64,000 bases of DNA. Origin: an uncultured Actinomycetota bacterium. GTDB lineage: Bacteria > Actinomycetota > Actinomycetes > JAHEKZ01. Of the stretch, positions 58,711 through 64,000 are shown piece by piece. How positions within the stretch are numbered: position 1 is the first letter of the stretch; every line of letters begins with the position of its first letter. The stretch is taken from contig CAVQYR010000001.1 of the NCBI GenBank assembly GCA_963718235.1, positions 1,088,001 to 1,152,000 on the forward strand, in the 5' to 3' direction. Under the pieces are notes generated by a model. The model saw only the letters and a program-made list of their open reading frames with translations, made no database searches and was not told where the DNA came from. A program made the position numbers and the translations under genes.

Positions 58711-59180
58711 TGCGGATCCACATCGGCTCCGACCACGCGGGCTTCGAAGCCAAGCAGCGACTGGTCAGGCACCTGACCGAGCGGGGTCACGACGTCGTCG
58801 ACCACGGCCCGCCGGAGTACGACGGACTCGACGACTACCCCGCGTACTGCGTGCGCACAGCGCTGGCCGTGGTGGGTGACCTCGGCAGCCTCGGCGTCGT
58901 GCTCGGGGGTTCGGGCAACGGAGAGCAGATCGCCGCGAACAAGGTCGCGGGAGTGCGGGCGGCACTGGCCTGGAGTGTCGAGACGGCCCAGCTGGCCCGG
59001 GAGCACAACGACGCCAACGTCGTGTCGCTGGGGGCGCGGATGCACCCCTTCGACCACCTGGTCTCGTTCGTCGAGGCCTTCGTTGGCACTGCGTTCAGCG
59101 CGGACGAGCGTCACGAGCGCCGGATCGCCCAGCTCGCCGCGTACGAGCAGAACCACGTCGTCCCGCCGCTGCCGAGCTGA
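58710..59180 (+). CDS. rpiB: Ribose-5-phosphate isomerase B
   Basis: GSDHAG, DDYP, GGSGNGE and AREHNDAN. Confidence 0.95.
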   Translation: MRIHIGSDHAGFEAKQRLVRHLTERGHDVVDHGPPEYDGLDDYPAYCVRTALAVVGDLGSLGVVLGGSGNGEQIAANKVAGVRAALAWSVETAQLAREHNDANVVSLGARMHPFDHLVSFVEAFVGTAFSADERHERRIAQLAAYEQNHVVPPLPS

Positions 59181-59185
59181 CCGCC

Positions 59186-59794
59186 TCAGCTCGCACTGGT
59201 GTCGGGGGTGCCTCCCTCCCCGTTCGAGGGATGACTCGACGGGTGCGTCGCGTGGATGGTCACCCAGTCGTAGATCACCGACGTGCGCATGACGGCGTCC
59301 TGCACCGAGCGGTTCTCGCGGCTGATGACCGCCCAGAACAGCCCGATCGGGAAGAACACGCAGAACAGCGCCCGAAGCAGTGCCCACAGCGGACGCATCC
59401 GGGTCCCGCGGACCCCGACCACGCGCAGGCCGAGGATGTGGTCGCCGTAGGTGCGCCCCGTGGTGATCCAGGCAACCAGGAAGTACCCGACCATCAGCAT
59501 GCCGGTCACGCCCAGCCACACGGCGAAGGACGCGTTCGGCACGGTGAACGACGTGGGGTTGACCAGGAAGAGCAACGCCATCCAGCCCAGGAAGAGCGAC
59601 ACCACCGCGACCTGGACGAGGACGAAGTCGATCGTGTTGGCCAGGCAGCGGGACACGATGCCGGCCCGGTGCCCCTGGAAGTCGCGCGCCTCCTTGGGCA
59701 GGACGTCGACGTCCCGGTCGTCGGGCCGGGGCCAGCGGACCCGGGTCTTGGGCCCGGGTGTCTCGGCCGGCGAGCCACTGGGTGGCTGGGTCAC
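59186..59794 (-). CDS. RDD family membrane protein
   Basis: RAGIVSR...ID, GRTYG..LGLRV and RSVQD. Confidence 0.85.
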   Translation of the reverse strand: MTQPPSGSPAETPGPKTRVRWPRPDDRDVDVLPKEARDFQGHRAGIVSRCLANTIDFVLVQVAVVSLFLGWMALLFLVNPTSFTVPNASFAVWLGVTGMLMVGYFLVAWITTGRTYGDHILGLRVVGVRGTRMRPLWALLRALFCVFFPIGLFWAVISRENRSVQDAVMRTSVIYDWVTIHATHPSSHPSNGEGGTPDTSAS

Positions 59795-60684
59795 GGTGCG
59801 ACCTCCGGCGGGGCGAGGGAATCCGGTTCGCCCGGGGCGTCGGTCTGCCGCCCCCTACGCCACGCCAGGACCCGGTCGACGAGCCGGGCGACCGTCTCGT
59901 CGGCGTCGACGCTCTGCAGGCGCAGCGTGCGGACTCCCTCCGACGCCACCGAGCCGGTCGACCCGCGGATGATGGCCGGCAGGTCGATCCCGTTGACGAC
60001 GTACTCGGCCAGCCCCAGGACGTCGACCTGGGTGACGACGACCTCGGTGAGGTCGAGCTCGGCGAGCGCGGCGTCGACCACCCGGCCCAGGTCGACCTGC
60101 GACACCACGATCTCGGTGAGGTCCAGGGAGGCCAGGGCGGCCCGGACGATCTCGGCCAGCTGCACCTGGTCGACGACGATGCGGGTGAGGTCGATCGGCT
60201 CGGTGGCTGCCGAGACGAGGACCGGAACCCCGCGGTCCCACGCCCGACCCGCCTCGCGCTCCAGCGTCGGCCGGTCGCGGCGCCACTGGGACAGAGCGCC
60301 TCGAAGGTGGTGGGCGGGGCGGAGCGCCTGCGGCACCAAAGGGGGGTCGACCAGCACCGCGGCCACGGGTGTCGCGACTCGCAGGGTGCCGCGCGCGGCC
60401 CGGCCGACCATCGTGGAGGCCTGCCAGCCCACGGCCAGCGCGAGCTCGGTCGCGGGGAACAGGCGAGGTGCAGCCGACGTGCCCTCGGTGGGCCGCGGGG
60501 GCGCAAGCAGCTCGACGGTGGCGGCGGCGAGCACCGAGGCCAGCCCGAACAGGACCCGGGCGGCGCTCTCGGCCGTCGCGGCGATGCCGGGGTCGACCAG
60601 GCTGACCTCGCTGACCGGCCGAGCGAGCACCGGGTCGATGGTCGGCGGGCCGGCGGGGGCCGCAGGAGCATCCATGGAGGTCAT
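59791..60684 (-). CDS. Hypothetical protein with 23-aa amphipathic repeats
   Basis: DLTRIVVDQV / DLTEIVVSQV / DLTEVVVTQV; overlaps the RDD gene by 4 nt. Confidence 0.75.
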   Translation of the reverse strand: MTSMDAPAAPAGPPTIDPVLARPVSEVSLVDPGIAATAESAARVLFGLASVLAAATVELLAPPRPTEGTSAAPRLFPATELALAVGWQASTMVGRAARGTLRVATPVAAVLVDPPLVPQALRPAHHLRGALSQWRRDRPTLEREAGRAWDRGVPVLVSAATEPIDLTRIVVDQVQLAEIVRAALASLDLTEIVVSQVDLGRVVDAALAELDLTEVVVTQVDVLGLAEYVVNGIDLPAIIRGSTGSVASEGVRTLRLQSVDADETVARLVDRVLAWRRGRQTDAPGEPDSLAPPEVAP

Positions 60685-60693
60685 CCTGCCTGC

Positions 60694-61929
60694 TCAGAAC
60701 ACGAACGGACACCACGGAGCGGTGGGCCACCCGAATGCTGCGTGGGCCCGGGCGGTCGCGCCCGGGGAGCACTCCTCGACGTACCCGGCCTGGGCGAGGG
60801 TGCCCCACGACGTCCCGCCCAGGTAGGTGGCGCCCAGCACTCCGACGTCGACCGACAGGTGTGCGGCGTCGACGGTGCGCTCGCAGGTGGCGCCGGATAC
60901 ACCTCCGGACAGCCGCCAGCGCCCGGCGTTCCACGGGTGGAAATCGTCCCGGACGTCGAGCACGAGGTCGAGGTCGGAGGTGTAGCACCGCCGGGCCAGG
61001 GCGTCGCCGACCTCGCCGAGCCGGATGTACAGCTGGTCGCGTCGTCGCAGCTGCAGCTGCTTGGGATCGGCGAGCCAGGTGAGGACCGGGTCGTCGACCG
61101 GGAGGTTCCACAGCCGCGTGCTGGTCATCAGCTCTGAACCCAGCAGCGTCCGGTAGAGGGCGGCAGTGGCACCTGGGTCGACCGAGACCATCTCGCGGAC
61201 GTCGACCCGGCCGTCGCCGAAGCCCTCGGCCCAGTCGTGGTGGTACCGGAACCGGGCGTAGGCCAAGGGTTCGGACGGACCGGTGACCACGAAAGTGCGC
61301 AGAGAGGAGCCCCCGCCGCGCTCGCTCTCGGGGTCGGCCACCGCGCGCTGGTACCAGGGGTCGCTGAGCGCAGGCATGCCGGGCCTGGCCCGCCGGGCCG
61401 ACTCGTAGACGGCCCTTGTCGCGGACTCGTCATCAGCGGCCGACACCAGCTCCACAGCCAGGCCCGCCGTTGCGGTGTCCGGAGCATGGGCCAGCTGCAG
61501 GTGGTGTGGCACGGAGACCTGGAAGGAGTGCGACGCGACGCCGTAGCCGAACCGCTGGTAGATGGACCCCTGGGAGGCCCACAGGGCGAGCAGCGGTTCG
61601 CGACCCTGCGCGTATGCGGCGTCGTGCACGGTGCGCATCAACGCGGTCATCACGCCGCGACGGCGGTGGGCCGGGTGGACACCGACCCAGGTGACCCCGG
61701 TCGTGGGGACCGAGGCTCCGGGCACGCTCAGCTCGAGGCTGAAGGCGGACGCACAGCCGACCGTGGCACCGCCGTCGTGGGCCAGGACGGCCCGGTCGAA
61801 CTCCATGACGCCGTGGTCGTTGGCGGGGGAGGGCTCCTGCGGGTCTCCGCCGAAGGCGGCGGCGTCGATGGCGTTCAGCCTGGCCCAGGCCTGCTCGTCG
61901 GTGCCCAAGGGCCGGATCTCGATCGTCAC
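60694..61929 (-). CDS. Eis-like GNAT acetyltransferase with SCP2 domain
   Basis: VTWVGVHPAHRRRG, LWAS..IYQRFGYG, PWNAGRW and PWCPFVF. Confidence 0.92.
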   Translation of the reverse strand: MTIEIRPLGTDEQAWARLNAIDAAAFGGDPQEPSPANDHGVMEFDRAVLAHDGGATVGCASAFSLELSVPGASVPTTGVTWVGVHPAHRRRGVMTALMRTVHDAAYAQGREPLLALWASQGSIYQRFGYGVASHSFQVSVPHHLQLAHAPDTATAGLAVELVSAADDESATRAVYESARRARPGMPALSDPWYQRAVADPESERGGGSSLRTFVVTGPSEPLAYARFRYHHDWAEGFGDGRVDVREMVSVDPGATAALYRTLLGSELMTSTRLWNLPVDDPVLTWLADPKQLQLRRRDQLYIRLGEVGDALARRCYTSDLDLVLDVRDDFHPWNAGRWRLSGGVSGATCERTVDAAHLSVDVGVLGATYLGGTSWGTLAQAGYVEECSPGATARAHAAFGWPTAPWCPFVF

Positions 61930-62035
61930 GAACCCTGGTCTACCAGCCAGTCGGGCTCCCGGGCGACCGGATTCCGCCTCGGGTGGTCCCGCTGCCGCCG
62001 CGCCGGTGACCGTGGGGACCCCCTACCGTGGGGAC

Positions 62036-62575
62036 ATGGCCGATGCAGAGCTCACCTCCACCAACGCGTTGCTGCAGCAGCAGATCGGCAACGAGTTCTT
62101 CGCCTCGCAGCAGTACACGGCGTTCGCCGTCTGGCTCGACCAGCAGGCGCTGCCGCAGCTGGCGGCGCACTTCTACCGCCAGGCGGTCGAGGAGCACAAC
62201 CACTCGATGATGCTGGTGCGGTACCTCATGGACCGTGACGTGGCGGTGACGATTCCCGGGGTGCCAGACGTCCGCAACGACCTCGGGTCGGTGGTCGAGC
62301 TCGTGGAGCTCGCCCTGGACCAGGAGAAGCGGGTAACCGTCGACTTCGAGCGGATCATTGCTGCCGCCCGCGCCGACGGTGACTACCTCGCCGAGCAGTT
62401 CACCCACTGGTTCCTCAAGGAGCAGGTGGAGGAGGTCGCCTCGATGTCGACGCTCCTGCAGGTGGCCCTTCGGGTCGGCGACAACCTGATGCTCCTCGAG
62501 GACTACCTGGCCCGGGAGACGACCGCCGGCGTGGGCGACCCGACCGCACCACCAGCTGCCGGTGGCGCGCTCTGA
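62036..62575 (+). CDS. Non-heme ferritin
   Basis: NEF.ASQQY, EEHNH, QEK.VT and WFLKEQVEE ferroxidase residues. Confidence 0.92.
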   Translation: MADAELTSTNALLQQQIGNEFFASQQYTAFAVWLDQQALPQLAAHFYRQAVEEHNHSMMLVRYLMDRDVAVTIPGVPDVRNDLGSVVELVELALDQEKRVTVDFERIIAAARADGDYLAEQFTHWFLKEQVEEVASMSTLLQVALRVGDNLMLLEDYLARETTAGVGDPTAPPAAGGAL

Positions 62576-62626
62576 CCGGTTGAGTGACCGTTGTCGGTCC
62601 ACCCGGCCTTGAAGGTCGCTCGATAG

Positions 62627-62640
62627 TGCAATATCATGCA
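62627..62640 (+). promoter_or_regulatory. Candidate autoregulatory operator overlapping the -10 of the XRE gene
   Basis: TGCA-ATATCA-TGCA contains TATCAT 6 nt before GTG 62644. Confidence 0.45.
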
Positions 62641-62643
62641 TCG

Positions 62644-63231
62644 GTGAGTGCACATGGCGAGGCTGACTCCGGGCTGTCGACGTCGATCGGACGGCGCGTC
62701 CGGGCCGCGCGAAGGGACCGCAGCTGGACCCTGGACGACCTCGCGGAGCGATCAGGCGTGAGTCGGCGGATGGTGGTCAACGTCGAGCAGGGGGCGTCGA
62801 ACGCCAGCATCGCGACACTGCTACGGCTGAGCACGGCGCTGGGCATCAGCCTTGCGTCTCTGGTCGACGTGGCGGACGGGGTCGCCCTGTCCGTACGGCG
62901 CAAGGGCGAGCACCACGTCCTCTGGGAGGGCGAGCACGGCGGGCAGGGGCTGCTCGTGGCGTCGACCGACGCACCAGACGTGGTCGAGCTCTGGGACTGG
63001 ACGCTCGGCCCGCACGACGTGTACGCGTCCGAGCAGCACTCAGCCGGTACCCGTGAGCTGCTCCACGTGCTGGCCGGGTCGGTGACCCTCACGGTCGCCG
63101 ATGAGAGCGTCACCCTCGGCTCCGGGGACGGCGTGTGGTTCGCCGGGGACCAGCCGCACACCTACGCCAACGGCGGTAAGCGGGCGGCCCGGTTCTCCCT
63201 GTCGGTCTACCAGCCGGGGGTCGGAGCCTGA
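62644..63231 (+). CDS. XRE-family HTH plus cupin regulator
   Basis: WTLDDLAERSGVSRRM..VEQG; cupin H.AGTRE..H..G and GD...F.GDQPHTY. Confidence 0.9.
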   Translation: MSAHGEADSGLSTSIGRRVRAARRDRSWTLDDLAERSGVSRRMVVNVEQGASNASIATLLRLSTALGISLASLVDVADGVALSVRRKGEHHVLWEGEHGGQGLLVASTDAPDVVELWDWTLGPHDVYASEQHSAGTRELLHVLAGSVTLTVADESVTLGSGDGVWFAGDQPHTYANGGKRAARFSLSVYQPGVGA

Positions 63232-63315
63232 TGACCGACACCACCTGGGCGCTGGCATACGACGCCGTCGACCGGCCTGTCATCTCACCTCTCCTCGACA
63301 CCTGATCGGAGCCTC

Positions 63316-63984
63316 ATGCTCATCCATCCTTGGGACGCTGCCCTCGACGCCGAGGAGTGGCGAGAGTGGCTCGGCACGTCGGCGTTGTTCGGACAGCTCG
63401 TGGTCAACAACGTCGATCGGGCCGAGGCCCCGATGGTCGTGCCCACGCACGCCGTGCTCGACGGGGACGATGCGTTGCTGATCCACCTGGCGCGGCCGAA
63501 CCCGATCTGGGCGCATCTGGATGCGGCCGCGAAAGTCCTGTTCACCGTGGTCGGCGACTACGCCTACATCCCGAGCACCTGGCGCGCCAAGGCCGGGGGA
63601 CCAGACGAGGACGGCGTCCCCACCAGCTACTACGCGACGGTGCAGCTCACCTGCACACCGACGATCCTCGACGACCCCGAGGCGAAGGCCGCATTGCTGC
63701 GCGCCCAGATGATGACCCTGCAGCCCCAGGGGGGTCATGCTGAGATCGGCGTCGGCCTGCCTCCTTACGGGCGCATGCTGCCCGGTATCCGCGGCCTGCG
63801 GCTCGACATCGTTCATGTCACGGCCAAGTTCAAGTACGACGACCACAACCCGATCGACCACCGTCAACGCGTCTCGGCGAACCTGGACCAGCGCGGAGCG
63901 CTTCACGACCCCGGTGCGGCCGCTCAGCAGCGCCGCAGGCTGTCGCGCCTTTCGGGCAGTGACGACGCAGACGCCCGGCAGTGA
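63316..63984 (+). CDS. FMN-binding split-barrel protein (PaiB-like negative regulator)
   Basis: HLARPNP, YAYIPSTW, VPTSYYATVQ and KFKY. Confidence 0.88.
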   Translation: MLIHPWDAALDAEEWREWLGTSALFGQLVVNNVDRAEAPMVVPTHAVLDGDDALLIHLARPNPIWAHLDAAAKVLFTVVGDYAYIPSTWRAKAGGPDEDGVPTSYYATVQLTCTPTILDDPEAKAALLRAQMMTLQPQGGHAEIGVGLPPYGRMLPGIRGLRLDIVHVTAKFKYDDHNPIDHRQRVSANLDQRGALHDPGAAAQQRRRLSRLSGSDDADARQ

Positions 63985-64000
63985 GCGTTGCCCTAGCCGG

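Overview
High-GC Actinomycetota-type DNA with no rRNA, tRNA or CRISPR array. It has three parts. (1) About 1-24 kb is an accessory, IS-scarred region: a peptide-type ABC transporter with an FAD amine oxidoreductase and PucR regulator, IS3 and other DDE transposase remnants, a GT1/GcvT/cupin/aminotransferase/FrhB group, and an orphan Tat-NrfC/NrfD redox module beside a two-component system. That system is flanked by two inverted copies of a ~140-bp leader. (2) About 24-40 kb holds a candidate histamine/imidazoleacetate catabolic regulon: histamine dehydrogenase-like flavoprotein, aldehyde dehydrogenase, RidA, DUF1028, M20 amidohydrolase and LysR. A flavin monooxygenase 7 kb away shares an identically spaced promoter architecture with this operon. 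(3) About 40-64 kb is mostly conserved actinobacterial backbone (ssb, ettA, glbO, mscS, HNH, ctaJ/DUF5130, pepN, bioY, rpiB, ferritin). Several single-base frameshifts and an A12 run suggest residual sequencing or assembly errors. All family calls come from motif recognition and recalled sequences, not database searches.
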